DNA from: Verrucomicrobiota bacterium
GTDB taxonomy: Bacteria; Verrucomicrobiota; Verrucomicrobiia; Limisphaerales; CANJSG01
Reading direction: 5' to 3'
Length of the DNA stretch: 64,000 nt
NCBI GenBank assembly: GCA_038209745.1
Contig: JBBQXJ010000012.1
Span: forward strand, 5,429 to 69,428
Shown here: positions 1 to 8,680 of the stretch, piece by piece
How the letters are laid out: each line of letters starts with the position of its first letter
How positions within the stretch are numbered: position 1 is the stretch's first letter
Position numbers and translations under genes: made by a program
Notes under the pieces: generated by a model
Seen by the model: the letters and a program-made list of their open reading frames with translations, nothing else
Told to the model about the DNA's origin: nothing
Database searches by the model: none

Positions 1-215
1 GCGGCATCGGCACCGTTCATGGAACGCTCCTCGGAGTGGCCGCCATCGCCGTCCTGAGCAACGGCCTCGTCCACGCCCGGGCGCCCCGCGAAGTCGCCGG
101 CATGTTGACCGGAGCCCTCTTGATCCTGGCTCTGGTCAGCAGTGCGGTGCCGAAATGGTTCAGCCAATGGCGCGCCAAACGCCGGTCCGCCGCCGCAAAG
201 CCCGCTTCCACCTGA
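1..215 (+). CDS. C-terminal end of a sugar ABC-transporter permease; the 5' part lies off the window
   Basis: Frame 3 is open from the window edge to TGA at 213-215. The translation GIGTVHGTLLGVAAIAVLSNGLVHARAPREVAGMLTGALLILALVSSAVPKWF... looks like the last TM helices of an RbsC/RhaP/RhaQ-type permease. It is absent from the ORF track because it has no start in the window. It lies directly upstream of the binding-protein gene. Confidence 0.55.
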   Translation, partial: GIGTVHGTLLGVAAIAVLSNGLVHARAPREVAGMLTGALLILALVSSAVPKWFSQWRAKRRSAAAKPAST

Positions 216-272
216 CTCCAGGGCTGACAGCAAGGCACCAGAACCTTTAGACCAAACGCACCCAGCACGTTT

Positions 273-1277
273 ATGCAAAAACTCATCTCCTTCCTGGTCC
301 TTTGCGGTCTCCTCGCGACCACCGGCTGCAACAAGTCGTCCGAATCCGGCGCCGCTTCCGCTTCCGGCAAGAAGCTGACTATCGCGCTCATGCCCAAGTC
401 CAAGGGCAACGCCTATTTCATCTCCTGCAAGAAGGGCGCGGAGAAGGCCGCCACCGAGCTCGGCGCCGACCTCATCTTCGACGGCCCGACCGATCCCGAT
501 CCCGCCAAGCAGAACGAGATCATCGAGAACTGGATCACCCTCGGCGTGGACGTCATCGCCGCCGCGTGTGAGAACAAGGACGGCATCTCCACCGCCCTCC
601 GCAAGGCCCGGCAAAAGGGCATCAAGGTCATTACCTACGATTCCGACGCGCAGACCGACGCCCGTTCGTTCTTCGTCAATCAAGCTACGCCCGCGGGCAT
701 CGGCTACGCCCTCATGGACGAAGCCGCGCGCCTTACCGGCGGCAAGGGCGACTACGCCATCATCACCGCCAGCCTGACCGCCGCGAACATGAACGAGTGG
801 CAGAAGCACATCGCCGCCCGCAACGCCGAGAAGTATCCCGAGATGAAGAGGGTCGCCCTCCGTCCCTGCGACGACCTCAAGGACAAGGCCCAGTCCGAAG
901 CCACCGCCCTCCTCAGCACCTACCCCAATCTCAAGCTCATCATGAACATCTGCTCCCCCGCCGTGCCCGGAGCCGCCGAAGCCGTCAAGCAAGCCGGCAA
1001 GACCGGGATGGTGAAGGTCATCGGCCTCGGTCTGCCCAATGAAAACAAGCGCTACGTCCACGAAGGCGTGACCGACAGCGTCATCCTCTGGAACACCGAA
1101 GACCTCGGCTACCTCACCGTCCAAGCCGCCGCCGCCCTGGCCAAAGGCACCCTCAAGGTCGGCGAGAAGACCTTCAAAGCCGGCACACTCGGCGAGTTCC
1201 AGATCGAGGGCGACAACATCCTCCTCGGCAAGCCCTTCATCTTCAACAAGGGCAACATCGACCAGTTCAACTTCTGA
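273..1277 (+). CDS. rhaS: Periplasmic sugar-binding lipoprotein of an ABC transporter (rhamnose RhaS-like / LsrB-like)
   Basis: 334-aa ORF with ATG at 273 and a lipobox (LLATTGC). It has a type-I periplasmic binding protein pattern (KLTIALMPKSKGNAYF, VDVIAAACENKDG, KVITYDSDA). The rhamnose specificity is inferred only from linkage to rhaB/rhaM. Confidence 0.75.
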   Translation: MQKLISFLVLCGLLATTGCNKSSESGAASASGKKLTIALMPKSKGNAYFISCKKGAEKAATELGADLIFDGPTDPDPAKQNEIIENWITLGVDVIAAACENKDGISTALRKARQKGIKVITYDSDAQTDARSFFVNQATPAGIGYALMDEAARLTGGKGDYAIITASLTAANMNEWQKHIAARNAEKYPEMKRVALRPCDDLKDKAQSEATALLSTYPNLKLIMNICSPAVPGAAEAVKQAGKTGMVKVIGLGLPNENKRYVHEGVTDSVILWNTEDLGYLTVQAAAALAKGTLKVGEKTFKAGTLGEFQIEGDNILLGKPFIFNKGNIDQFNF

Positions 1278-1283
1278 GTCGGG

Positions 1284-1311
1284 GCGAGTTGAACCGCAGA
1301 TCAACGCGGAA
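1284..1311 (+). repeat. Degenerate copy of the 28-nt, 10-bp-phased repeat (CCGCAGATCAACGCGGAAGATCGCAGAT)
   Basis: 21/28 identity to CCACAGATGAACACGGATGGACACAGAT at 7861-7888, with the same three-unit, 10-nt periodic architecture. It lies 7 nt after the rhaS stop. Confidence 0.5.
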
Positions 1312-1357
1312 GATCGCAGATAAAAGGCAGACCAAGACCAGCGCCGAATCCGCCTCT

Positions 1358-1956
1358 GCCCAAGGCAACGCTCTGGGTCCATCGCCCGCCAAACAACCTA
1401 AGACCTGAAAGGGCGACCTAACCAAACCTCCTGATGCCCCAGTCTCTCGCCTCGCTCCTGACGCACTTGGTCTTCAGCACCAAGCACGACGAGCCGTTGA
1501 TCCACGTCGGCGTCCGGGACGAACTTTACCGCTACGCCGCGACGATCCTTCAGGATCTGGACTCACCTGCCATCCTGATCAACTCGGTCGAGGACCACGT
1601 CCACGCGCTGTTCGCCCTGTCGAAGAACCACGCGCTGAAGGATGTAGTGGAGAAACTGAAGACCGGGACGTCCAAGTGGATCAAACGACGCGATCTGATG
1701 CTGGCGAACTTCTATTGGCAGGCCGGCTACGGCCCCTTCTCCGTCAGCCAGTCGAACGGGGCGGCGGTAACGCGCTACATCGCCGGACAAAAGGAACACC
1801 ACACCAAGGTGTCGTTTCAGGACGAGGTGCGGTTGGTCTTCCGGAAGCACCGGATGGATTTCGATGAACGATATGTGTGGAATTGAACCTCGGTTAAACC
1901 GCCCTTTCACGGCTCGTCCAAAGGCAAACGTGGCGACCCAGGGCGTTGGCCTGGGC
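1358..1956 (+). mobile_element. RAYT/IS200-like unit: a Y1 transposase gene flanked by ~58-nt imperfect inverted REP-like arms
   Basis: Left arm 1358-1415 (GCCCAAGGCAACGCTCTGGGTC...TGAAAGGGCG). Right arm 1900-1956 (CGCCCTTTCA...GACCCAGGGCGTTGGCCTGGGC). The inner 10-mers are perfect inverted repeats, and the outer 22-mers match 19/22 in inverted orientation. The internal spacers are 26 and 25 nt. Confidence 0.7.
1434..1886 (+). CDS. IS200/IS605-family Y1 (HUH) transposase, REP-associated tyrosine transposase (RAYT)-like
   Basis: 150-aa ORF with an HUH motif (VEDHVHALF) and a catalytic-Tyr region (TRYIAGQKEHH). The size and layout are typical of TnpA-IS200/RAYT proteins. Confidence 0.85.
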   Translation: MPQSLASLLTHLVFSTKHDEPLIHVGVRDELYRYAATILQDLDSPAILINSVEDHVHALFALSKNHALKDVVEKLKTGTSKWIKRRDLMLANFYWQAGYGPFSVSQSNGAAVTRYIAGQKEHHTKVSFQDEVRLVFRKHRMDFDERYVWN

Positions 1957-2031
1957 TCCATTAAGGCCGGCCCGTTGGGCCTCGCCACCGGCCGCCTCGC
2001 GGCGTGCCTCACAACCTGCCGCCTCACGGTG

Positions 2032-2922
2032 ATGGTCGTTACCCTGCTGATCGGAAGCCTTGGTCCGGCATTTGCCGAAACCACCGCCAGCCCCTCCACC
2101 AACGACTGGCTCTTCATCGACAACGGCGAGGTCCGCCTCGGCGTCATCCGTTCGTCCGGCGCGGGCATCGCGTGGTTCGCGCCGAGCGGCTCGACCAACA
2201 ACCTCGTCAACCACTGGGATCGCGGCCGTCTGATCCAGCAGTCCTACTATGGCGACGAAGACGGTTCGCTCTGGAACAAACAACCTTGGCGCTGGAATCC
2301 GGTCCAAGGCGGCGATTGGCAGGGCAAACCCGCCACCGTGCTGGAGCTGACGCACACCACGAATTCGCTCTACGCAAAAACCGTCGCCCGCCATTGGGCG
2401 TCCGGAGCCGAGTTGACCAACGTCGTCTTCGAGGAATGGATCTCGCTCACCGGACGACTGGCGCAGGTGCGCTTCCGCATGACCTATTCCGGCACGAATT
2501 CCCATGCCTCCCGCGACCACGAAATCCCCGCCGTCTTCGTCGCGCCGGAGCTCGATTCGCTCGTGCTCTATGAGGGCGACCAGCCCTGGACCGGCGGCGA
2601 TCTCCACCGCTCCAAGCCCGGTTGGCCCAATGAATCGCGGCGCATGACCGAGCACTGGGCCGCCTACGTCGGAACCAACGACGTCGGTCTCGGCGTCTGC
2701 GTGCCCGTGAGCGACCACCTGACCTGCTACCGCTTCGGCGACGGTCGGCCGGACCACGGATCCTGCTCCTACTTCGCCCCGCTCACGAACTTCGCGATCA
2801 CGCCTGGCAAGATCTTTACCTACGACGTGTACCTCTTCGCCGGCTCGGTTCCCGAAATCCGCCAAACGTTCTCCACCCGTTCAGGGCTATTGCCGGCCAC
2901 GGCTCCGGCGGGCGACCATTGA
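2032..2922 (+). CDS. Secreted hypothetical protein in the rhamnose cluster
   Basis: The ORF-track start at 1864 overlaps the transposase and the right REP arm. The ATG at 2032 gives a signal-peptide-like N-terminus (MVVTLLIGSLGPAFA). Codon usage matches the neighbouring genes. No family was recognised by eye. Confidence 0.6.
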   Translation: MVVTLLIGSLGPAFAETTASPSTNDWLFIDNGEVRLGVIRSSGAGIAWFAPSGSTNNLVNHWDRGRLIQQSYYGDEDGSLWNKQPWRWNPVQGGDWQGKPATVLELTHTTNSLYAKTVARHWASGAELTNVVFEEWISLTGRLAQVRFRMTYSGTNSHASRDHEIPAVFVAPELDSLVLYEGDQPWTGGDLHRSKPGWPNESRRMTEHWAAYVGTNDVGLGVCVPVSDHLTCYRFGDGRPDHGSCSYFAPLTNFAITPGKIFTYDVYLFAGSVPEIRQTFSTRSGLLPATAPAGDH

Positions 2923-2939
2923 CCCGGAAACTGTTGGCA

Positions 2940-4457
2940 ATGCCCGAACAAATCTATCTTGGAATCGACCTCGGCGCCGAAAGCGGCCGCGTCATGGCCG
3001 GCCTTTGGAACGGCTCCGAAATGCGGCTCGACGAGCTGCACCGTTTTCCCAACGTCACCGTCGATCTCGGCGGCTCGCTCCGCTGGGACCTGCTTCGTCT
3101 GTGGAGCGACATCCAGCACGGACTCGCCCTCGCCGCCCGTCGCTACGGCAACGCCATCATCTCCATCGGCGTCGACACCTGGGCCCTCGACTACGTGCTC
3201 CTGTCCAAGTCCGGCGAAATGCTCGGCCAGCCCCACTGCTACCGCGACCACCGGACCCAGGGCGTGATGGAGGAGGTGCTGCGCTCGGTCGGCCGCGAAG
3301 AAGTCTTTGCCCAGAGCGGCCTCCAGTTCCTCCCCTTCAACACGCTCTACCAGCTCGTCGCCCATCAGCGCCAGAGCCCGGAAACGCTCGCCGCCGCCGA
3401 GACGCTCCTGATGATTCCCGACTTCATCAATTGGTGCCTGTCCGGCGCCAAGACGGTCGAGTTCACCAACGCCACGACGACCCAGTTCTTTCACCCGACC
3501 AAGCGCGACTGGTCGCTCGATCTGCTCCATCGCCTCGGACTTCCCACGAAGATCTTCCCGGAGATCATCCTGCCCGGCTCCATCGTCGGCAGCCTGCGCC
3601 AGAGCGTCATCGACCGCACCGGATTGCGTCGCTTGCCGATCATCGCCCCGGCCACGCACGACACCGGTTCCGCCGTCGCCGCCGTGCCCACGCTGAACAC
3701 CGGCCGGACGAACTGGGCCTACATCAGCTCCGGCACCTGGTCGCTCATGGGCGTCGAGACCCCATCGGCCGTCCTCGGTCCCAAGGCGCTCGAGTTCAAT
3801 GTCACCAACGAAGGCGGCGTCGACGGTACCTATCGGGTGTTGAAGAACATCATGGGCCTCTGGCTCGTGCAGCGGTGCAAACACTCCTTCGACGCGCGCG
3901 GCCTGACCCACGACTACGGCCAGCTCGTCACCTTGGCCGAACAGGCCCAGCCCCTCCGGTCGTTGATCGACCCCGACGACCGCCGCTTCCTCAGTCCGGC
4001 CGACATGCCGAATGCCATCCAGGAATTCTGCCGCGAAACCGGCCAGCCCGTTCCCACGACGGAAGGCCAGCTCGTCCGCTGCTGCCTCGAAAGCCTCGCG
4101 CTGAAATACGCCGTGGTGCTCGACCAGTTGGAACAGCTCACCGGCGAACGCGCCGAGGTCATCCACATCGTGGGCGGAGGTTCGCGCAACATCCTGCTGA
4201 ATCTCCTCGCCGCGAACGCCTGCCAGCGCCCCGTTCTCGCCGGCCCGGTCGAGGCCACCGTCCTGGGCAACCTGCTCGTCCAGGCCCGTGCCGCCGGCGA
4301 AGTCGCGTCCCTCGCCGAGATCCGTGAATCGATCTACCACTCCGTCGTCCCGGCGTCGTCCGAGCCCGTGCCGGCGGAGACCGCGATGTGGCAGCAGGCC
4401 CGGCAACGCTTCGCGAAGTTGCTTCAGCCCGCCGGCCCCGACAAAGTCTTCGCGTGA
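2940..4457 (+). CDS. rhaB: Rhamnulokinase (FGGY carbohydrate kinase)
   Basis: FGGY motifs are present: [37 protein letters not shown] and HIVGGGSRN. The ORF-track start at 2919 is TTG, and the first ATG is at 2940. Confidence 0.9.
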   Translation: MPEQIYLGIDLGAESGRVMAGLWNGSEMRLDELHRFPNVTVDLGGSLRWDLLRLWSDIQHGLALAARRYGNAIISIGVDTWALDYVLLSKSGEMLGQPHCYRDHRTQGVMEEVLRSVGREEVFAQSGLQFLPFNTLYQLVAHQRQSPETLAAAETLLMIPDFINWCLSGAKTVEFTNATTTQFFHPTKRDWSLDLLHRLGLPTKIFPEIILPGSIVGSLRQSVIDRTGLRRLPIIAPATHDTGSAVAAVPTLNTGRTNWAYISSGTWSLMGVETPSAVLGPKALEFNVTNEGGVDGTYRVLKNIMGLWLVQRCKHSFDARGLTHDYGQLVTLAEQAQPLRSLIDPDDRRFLSPADMPNAIQEFCRETGQPVPTTEGQLVRCCLESLALKYAVVLDQLEQLTGERAEVIHIVGGGSRNILLNLLAANACQRPVLAGPVEATVLGNLLVQARAAGEVASLAEIRESIYHSVVPASSEPVPAETAMWQQARQRFAKLLQPAGPDKVFA

Positions 4458-4771
4458 TCCGCAAAGCCTTTGTCATGTCCGTCCATCCCGGCCAAGAAGC
4501 CGAGTATGGGCGGCGTCACAATCCCGTCTGGCCCGAGCTGGAAGCCGTCCTGAAGGATCACGGCGTGGCCCACTACTCCATCTTCCTCCACGCCGAAACC
4601 CGCCAGCTCTTCGCCTACGCCGAGATCGAGGACGAAGCCCGTTGGGCCGCCATCGCCCAGACCGGAGTTTGCCGCAAATGGTGGCACCACATGGCCGACC
4701 TGATGCCGGCCCATCCGGACAACAGCCCGGTTTCGGTTGAATTGCAGGAAGTCTTCCACATCGAGAAATGA
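4454..4771 (+). CDS. rhaM: L-rhamnose mutarotase
   Basis: GTG at 4454 overlaps the rhaB stop (GTGA). [29 protein letters not shown]...HYSIFL fits the RhaM/YiiL family at about 105 aa. Confidence 0.9.
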   Translation: MIRKAFVMSVHPGQEAEYGRRHNPVWPELEAVLKDHGVAHYSIFLHAETRQLFAYAEIEDEARWAAIAQTGVCRKWWHHMADLMPAHPDNSPVSVELQEVFHIEK

Positions 4772-4808
4772 GCCACCGTCTTCAATCCCGAGGAGATTGT
4801 GTCCCTCA

Positions 4809-4973
4809 GCCCAAGGTTGCCGCGCAGCGGCTACTCTGGGTCACGATTGGAAACGACCATCAACCCCAACCGGGTTGCGTCTTTGGTCGGTCGCCAATGG
4901 ACACAACCCCTTCAAGGTTGGCTCAATCGTGGACCCCGATTCCCGGGGTAGCTCGTGCCTCGCAACCCTGGGC
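4809..4973. repeat. REPIN-like doublet: two inverted REP-like units related to the arms of the RAYT unit
   Basis: Unit L is 4809-4842 (GCCCAAGGTTGCCGCGCAGCGGCTACTCTGGGTC). The reverse complement of unit R (4942-4973) is GCCCAGGGTTGCGAGGCACGAGCTACCCCGGG, which matches unit L at 23/32. Unit L shares GCCCAAGG...CTCTGGGTC exactly with the left RAYT arm at 1358-1379. Confidence 0.6.
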
Positions 4974-5126
4974 TAAGTGCGGGGGTCCCGTCGGGATTCA
5001 CCGGAAGGACGAAATTCTCCACGCCGTGTCGGCGGGCCTCTTTGCGCCTCTTGTGCTTCTTTGCGGCCATCGCCTTCCCCCTTTCTCCCCCGCTCCCCTG
5101 CACCCCGTGCTCCGCCCAATCACCCC

Positions 5127-5846
5127 ATGATCGTCTCCCTCTTCATCCCGTGCTTCGTCGACCTGATGTATCCCAAGGTGGGCATCAGCATCGTCGAAAT
5201 CCTCGAACGTCTCGGCCACCGCATCGACTACCCGGAAGACCTCACCTGCTGCGGGCAGCCCGCCTTCAACTCCGGCTTTTGGGACGAAGCCCGCCAGGTC
5301 GCCCTGCCCGTCCTGCAACGACTGAAGAACTCCGAGGCCGTCGTCATCGCCTCCGGTTCCTGCGGCGCCATGCTCAAGGTCTTCTACCCGGAACTCTTCG
5401 CCGGCACCCCGCACGCCGCCGCCGCCAAGGAACTCTCGGCCAAGTGCTACGAGTTCTCCGACTTCCTCGTCACCAAGCTGGGCGTGACCGACCTCGGCGC
5501 CGCCTTCCCGCACAAGGTCACCATCCACGACGGTTGCCACGGCCTGCGTGAACTCGGACTGAAGAAAGGCGCCCGAGACTTGCTCGGCAAAGTGCGCGGA
5601 CTCGAACTCGTCGAGATGAAGGAGGCGGAAACCTGCTGCGGTTTCGGAGGCACCTTCGCGGCCAAGTTCCCCATGATCTCCACCGCGATGGGCGAGGTGA
5701 AATGCGCCTCGGCCTTCGACACCGGAGCCGACTACATCGTGTCGAACGACTCCAGTTGCCTGATGCAGGTCCAAGGACTGTTGAGCAAACAGGGCAACGG
5801 GCTGAAGACGATCCACTTGGCGGAGATCCTGAACTCAAGGGACTGA
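5127..5846 (+). CDS. lutA: Lactate utilization protein A, (Fe-S)-binding CCG-domain oxidoreductase
   Basis: 239 aa counted from the ATG at 5127. It carries two cysteine-rich CCG motifs ([12 protein letters not shown] and [10 protein letters not shown]). It lies in the gene order lutA-lutB-lutC. Confidence 0.9.
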   Translation: MIVSLFIPCFVDLMYPKVGISIVEILERLGHRIDYPEDLTCCGQPAFNSGFWDEARQVALPVLQRLKNSEAVVIASGSCGAMLKVFYPELFAGTPHAAAAKELSAKCYEFSDFLVTKLGVTDLGAAFPHKVTIHDGCHGLRELGLKKGARDLLGKVRGLELVEMKEAETCCGFGGTFAAKFPMISTAMGEVKCASAFDTGADYIVSNDSSCLMQVQGLLSKQGNGLKTIHLAEILNSRD

Positions 5847-6397
5847 TGCCGGATGCCGGATTCCAGACAAGAACAGAGAACGCGAAATGAGCGCGACCAA
5901 CTACAACGACGGAGCACGAGACGGCTCGGACGACGCGTTTGTGCTCAATAACGCCACGCCGGCGATGGGCTATCGCGCTCTGCAGATTTGGCAGCTCGCA
6001 AGGGACACGACCGTGACGGTCCACCGCATGACCTTGGAAAAGCAACCCCGCTTCGAGCTGCACGAAGAAGGCAGCCAAATACGCCGCTCCGCGAAGTCAG
6101 TTCGATCCAACATCGTCGAAGGCTTTGGTCGGCGGCGTTACAAGCAGGATTTCATCGAACACCTCGTCTACGCCGAAGCCTCCTGCGACGAGATCCGCGA
6201 CCATCTCGACACCTTGAACGAGACCGCTTCTCTGACCGACAAGCCATTCTACGACGGGTTGGTTCAGCAAGTGAACGAACTGGCCCGAAAGATCATCCGC
6301 TTCATCACCGCCGTGGAACAAAACCACCAGAGCCCGAAATGATCGTCACGATTTCATCCTTCGCTTCCTTTCGCCGCCATCCGGCATCCGGAATCAG
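5843..6397. mobile_element. Cassette bounded by 19-bp inverted repeats, carrying the four-helix-bundle gene
   Basis: CTGATGCCGGATGCCGGAT at 5843-5861 matches the reverse complement of 6379-6397 (CTGATTCCGGATGCCGGAT) at 18/19. The left repeat contains the lutA stop codon. Removing the insert would leave about 40 nt between lutA and lutB. Confidence 0.6.
5887..6342 (+). CDS. Four-helix-bundle protein (23S rRNA intervening-sequence protein / Avd-like family)
   Basis: Family signature ...[43 protein letters not shown]... is present. An alternative ATG lies at 5965. GC content is slightly lower than in the flanks. Confidence 0.85.
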   Translation: MSATNYNDGARDGSDDAFVLNNATPAMGYRALQIWQLARDTTVTVHRMTLEKQPRFELHEEGSQIRRSAKSVRSNIVEGFGRRRYKQDFIEHLVYAEASCDEIRDHLDTLNETASLTDKPFYDGLVQQVNELARKIIRFITAVEQNHQSPK

Positions 6398-6421
6398 GCA
6401 TCCTGGATCACCCCTTCTCCC

Positions 6422-7816
6422 ATGACCACCGAAGTCCAAGAATTCAAACAGCAGGCCACCAAGGTCGCCGCCGATCTCCGCCACCGGAAGCACATCCAGA
6501 CCGCGCTCGGCAAATACGAGGTCGTCCGCGACAAGCGCAAGAACGCCTTCCAGAGCTGGAACGACGCCCGCCAGATCGCCGCCGAGACCAAGTGGGAGGC
6601 CATCAACCACCTCGACGAACACCTCGTCTCCTTCGCCGACAAGCTGGAGGCCCGCGGCACCCATGTCCATTGGGCCACCACCGCCACCCAGGCCCGCAAC
6701 ATCATCCTCGGCCTCATCCAGGCGAAGGGCGCCAAATCCATCATCAAGTCCAAGGCCATGACCGCCGAGGAGATCCACCTCAACCCCGCGCTGGAGAAGG
6801 CCGGCTTCGAGGTCGTTGAATCCGATCTCGGCGAATACATCGTCCAGCTCCGCAACGAGCCGCCCTACCACATCGTCTTCCCGGCGATGCACCTCGACCG
6901 GCACCAGATCAGCGAGCTCTTTGAGAAGCACCTCGGCAGCGCGAAGACCGACAGTCCCGAGGAACTCACCATGATCGCCCGGCGCGCCCTCCGGGAAAAA
7001 TACATCACCGCCGACGTCGGCATCACCGGGGCCAACTTCGCCATCGCCGAGACCGGCATGGTTTCCATCACGGAAAACGAGGGCAACGCCCGCCTCACCG
7101 CCGCGCTGCCCAGGACCATGATCACTCTGCTCGGCATCGAGAAGGTGCTCCCGCGCATGGCCGATCTCGCGCTTTTCCTGCCCATGCTCGCCACCGCCGG
7201 CGCCGGCCAGCAGATCACCGGCTACAACACCATGTATTCCGGCCCGCGCCAGCCCGGCGAAGCCGACGGACCCGAGGAATACCACGTCGTCCTCATCGAC
7301 AACCACCGCACCGAGCTCCTGGCCGATCCCGAACAGCGCGACACCCTCCACTGCATCCGTTGCGGCGCCTGCCTGAACGTCTGCCCCATCTTCAAGAACG
7401 TCGGCGGCCACACCTACGGCACCACCTACAGCGGCCCCATCGGCTCCGTCATCACCCCGCACCTGCGCGGGTTGCAGAACTGGAAACACCTCTCCTTCTC
7501 CTCCTCCCTCTGCGGCGCCTGCACCGAAGCCTGCCCGGTGAAGATCAACCTCCACCACCACCTCCTGCACAACCGCCGCAACTCGGTGAAACAGGAACCC
7601 GACCCGCAGGAACGCGTCGCCTTCAAGCTCTTCGCCTGGGGCATGAACAGCCCCGGTGTCTATGCCGCCGGCAAGAGCGTCGCCCGCTGGCTCGCCCCGC
7701 TGCACAAGCTGGTCATGGGAACCTTCCTCGACCCCGCCAAATCCTGGACCAAGACCCGCGACCTCCCGCCCATCGCCGAGACGACCTTCAAGGAATATTG
7801 GAAGAACCGGCAGTGA
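6422..7816 (+). CDS. lutB: Lactate utilization protein B (4Fe-4S ferredoxin-type)
   Basis: 464 aa with two Fe-S motifs (CIRCGACLNVCP and CGACTEACP) plus an LUD-type domain. Confidence 0.95.
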   Translation: MTTEVQEFKQQATKVAADLRHRKHIQTALGKYEVVRDKRKNAFQSWNDARQIAAETKWEAINHLDEHLVSFADKLEARGTHVHWATTATQARNIILGLIQAKGAKSIIKSKAMTAEEIHLNPALEKAGFEVVESDLGEYIVQLRNEPPYHIVFPAMHLDRHQISELFEKHLGSAKTDSPEELTMIARRALREKYITADVGITGANFAIAETGMVSITENEGNARLTAALPRTMITLLGIEKVLPRMADLALFLPMLATAGAGQQITGYNTMYSGPRQPGEADGPEEYHVVLIDNHRTELLADPEQRDTLHCIRCGACLNVCPIFKNVGGHTYGTTYSGPIGSVITPHLRGLQNWKHLSFSSSLCGACTEACPVKINLHHHLLHNRRNSVKQEPDPQERVAFKLFAWGMNSPGVYAAGKSVARWLAPLHKLVMGTFLDPAKSWTKTRDLPPIAETTFKEYWKNRQ

Positions 7817-7866
7817 CCGTGGGGTAGGATTGCAGCCCAGCCGCCCAACTGATTTCTTAACCACAG

Positions 7867-8271
7867 ATGAACACGGATGGACACAGATCAGCCAAGCTTC
7901 GCCTGCTTGGGGATTATCGCGGCAACCCGGCTGAACTGTTCGATGGTTTTGAGCCTGATCAGCTACCGTTCAATCCAGATGCCTTTGGAATAACCGGCTA
8001 TGAAACGGTTGATTTGGTGAAGAGCGCATTGTCGGCTCCGCCTCCGGGTTCTTCCGAAAAGGAACTTCTTGATACGATCTGTTCGTCTGTTTCACCCAGG
8101 GTCCAAGTTTGGAACAAGTCAGCCGGATGCATCGAATCGCGTTCCGGCTACTACGCATTCTCGGCTTCACAAAGCGACTCGGGACGACTCGCCATCTTGT
8201 ATTCGTTCTTCGAGGTCTCACCGATGAGGTACCACGCCTACCTGCACGCCATTCTTCAGATCGATTTTTGA
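7867..8271 (+). CDS. Hypothetical protein (cassette ORF 1)
   Basis: 134-aa ORF whose ATG lies inside the left repeat, so the N-terminal MNTDGHRS is repeat-encoded. It has no recognisable family. It may be coding or may be spurious. Confidence 0.35.
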   Translation: MNTDGHRSAKLRLLGDYRGNPAELFDGFEPDQLPFNPDAFGITGYETVDLVKSALSAPPPGSSEKELLDTICSSVSPRVQVWNKSAGCIESRSGYYAFSASQSDSGRLAILYSFFEVSPMRYHAYLHAILQIDF

Positions 8272-8320
8272 TGAATCGCCTGAGAGAAACGTAATCGAAC
8301 TGACTTCATCTCAACCGCAC

Positions 8321-8668
8321 ATGAACACCTTCAACGAAACCTTCGGCTTCATCTTCGCCTTGTGCGCCGGAGTCATGATCTTGGCCGTCTTCTTCACGGC
8401 TCTTGGCTATCTCAAGAGAGGGGTTCGTGGTCCTGGGGTGCTGAAGATGAAGGGCTTTGTCCGGGAGGGTAAGCGGATCAACGTCCATCTGGCTGGCGGC
8501 CGCACCTTGGAAAACTTTCAGTTCGTCGGCTTCACCGAGCAGAACTCAGCCAAAGGAGTGATCCCCTATCAGTTGGCCAGCATGGCCGTCTTCGAGTGCG
8601 AAACGGGATCGAGAGCCATGGTCCGAGCCGATTCGATCCGTATGATCGAGGAAATAGACGCCACCTAA
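8321..8668 (+). CDS. Hypothetical small membrane-anchored protein (cassette ORF 2)
   Basis: 115 aa with one N-terminal TM helix (FGFIFALCAGVMILAVFFTALGYL). This is followed by an ~85-aa beta-rich domain (KRINVHLAGGRTLENFQFVGF...). Confidence 0.45.
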   Translation: MNTFNETFGFIFALCAGVMILAVFFTALGYLKRGVRGPGVLKMKGFVREGKRINVHLAGGRTLENFQFVGFTEQNSAKGVIPYQLASMAVFECETGSRAMVRADSIRMIEEIDAT

Positions 8669-8680
8669 TCGCTCCGCCTT

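Noticed and set aside
1864-2031. The upstream start (1864) offered by the ORF track for the secreted hypothetical protein. The same applies to the long upstream extensions of lutA (4977), clpC (24303), parB (21254), the PSD gene (27069), the RCC1 gene (33511), 33403-34644, 38051-40702 and the DUF1080 gene (40194).
   Set aside because: The track reports the longest ATG/GTG/TTG ORF. The extensions overlap neighbouring genes or repeats and encode low-complexity sequence. Internal ATGs give canonical N-termini or signal peptides.
2820-4406. Very long antisense or alternative-frame ORFs. Examples are 2820-4406(-), 6305-7864(-), 12619-14721(+), 24255-26852(-), 43124-44749(-), 48624-50291(+) and 60359-61981(-).
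   Set aside because: These are shadow ORFs typical of high-GC DNA. Their translations are Arg/Gly/Ala/Pro-rich with no motifs, and each lies opposite a gene with clear family signatures.
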